20,000 nt of DNA from Malacoraja senta (Eukaryota). The stretch covers positions 983,764 through 1,003,763 of the forward strand of contig JAXLNO010000446.1 of NCBI GenBank assembly GCA_038087875.1, written 5' to 3'. The first letter of the stretch is position 1. Each line of letters begins with the position of its first letter. Shown one piece after another: positions 19,478 to 20,000 of this stretch. The position numbers and the translations under genes were made by a program. A model generated the notes under the pieces. The model was given only the letters and a program-made list of their open reading frames with translations. It searched no databases and had not been told where the DNA came from.

Positions 19478-19850
19478 CTTTTTTCACACAGAGTTGTGAG
19501 TCTGTGGAATTCTGAGGCAGGAAACATGTTCCCGATGTTGGGAGAATCCAGAACCAGGGGCCACAGTTTAAGAATAAGGAGTAAGCCATTTAGAACGGAG
19601 ACGAGGAAACACTTTTTCTCACAGAGAGTGGTGAGTCTGTGGAATTCTCTGCCTCAGAGGGTGGTGCAGGCAGGTTCTCTGGATACTTTCAAGAGAGAGC
19701 TAGATAGGGCTCTTAAAAATAGCGGAGTCAGGGGATATGGGGAGAAGGCAGAACGGGGTACTGATTGGGGATGATCAGCCATGATCACATTGAATGGCGG
19801 TGCTGGCTCGAAGGGCCGAATGACCTACTCCTGCACCTATTGTCTATTGT
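19478..19850 (+). mobile_element. CR1 3' end with a short duplicated segment at its 5' junction
   Basis: AGNMFPMLGESRTRGHSLRIR..FFSQRVVSLWNSLPQ; 19478-19514 repeats about 19612-19648; tail cctattgtctattgt. Confidence 0.92.
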
Positions 19851-20000
19851 GTGGGAAAGAACTGCAGATGCTGGTTTAAATCGAAGGTAGACACAATCGA
19901 AGTAATTCTGAAGAAGGGTCTCGACCCAAAACGTCACCCATCCTTCTCTCCAGAGATGCTGCCTGTCCTGCTGAGTTACTCCAGCTTCTTGTGTCTACCT
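19851..20000. mobile_element. PLE-derived fold-back, cut by the window edge, hammerhead GAAA box mutated
   Basis: aagaactgcagatgctgg..aggtagacaca, then ctgaagaagggtctcgacccaaaacgtc..tgtgtctacct. Confidence 0.8.

Overview
Eukaryotic, repeat-saturated intronic or intergenic DNA. The repeat families (HE1/V-SINE-type tRNA SINEs, CR1 LINEs with matching 3' tails, Rex1/Babar, Penelope-like elements) point to a cartilaginous fish such as a skate or ray; this is inferred from repeat recognition, not a database hit. No intact gene is visible: nearly all listed ORFs are decayed retroelement pieces or translations of tandem repeats, and three candidate exons are weak. Most notable points: (1) many short Penelope-derived (PLE) terminal-repeat insertions, often fold-back and with 11-16 bp target duplications, carrying a minimal hammerhead-ribozyme core (CUGANGA-A-stem II-GAAAC-GUH). 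(2) Four copies of a near-identical cassette, a 66-bp tandem array plus a palindromic core, each sitting in register inside a different and more decayed PLE repeat, which suggests a satellite-like unit spreading through existing PLE copies. (3) A cluster of TTA-flanked, PIF/Harbinger-type MITEs nested in a CR1.
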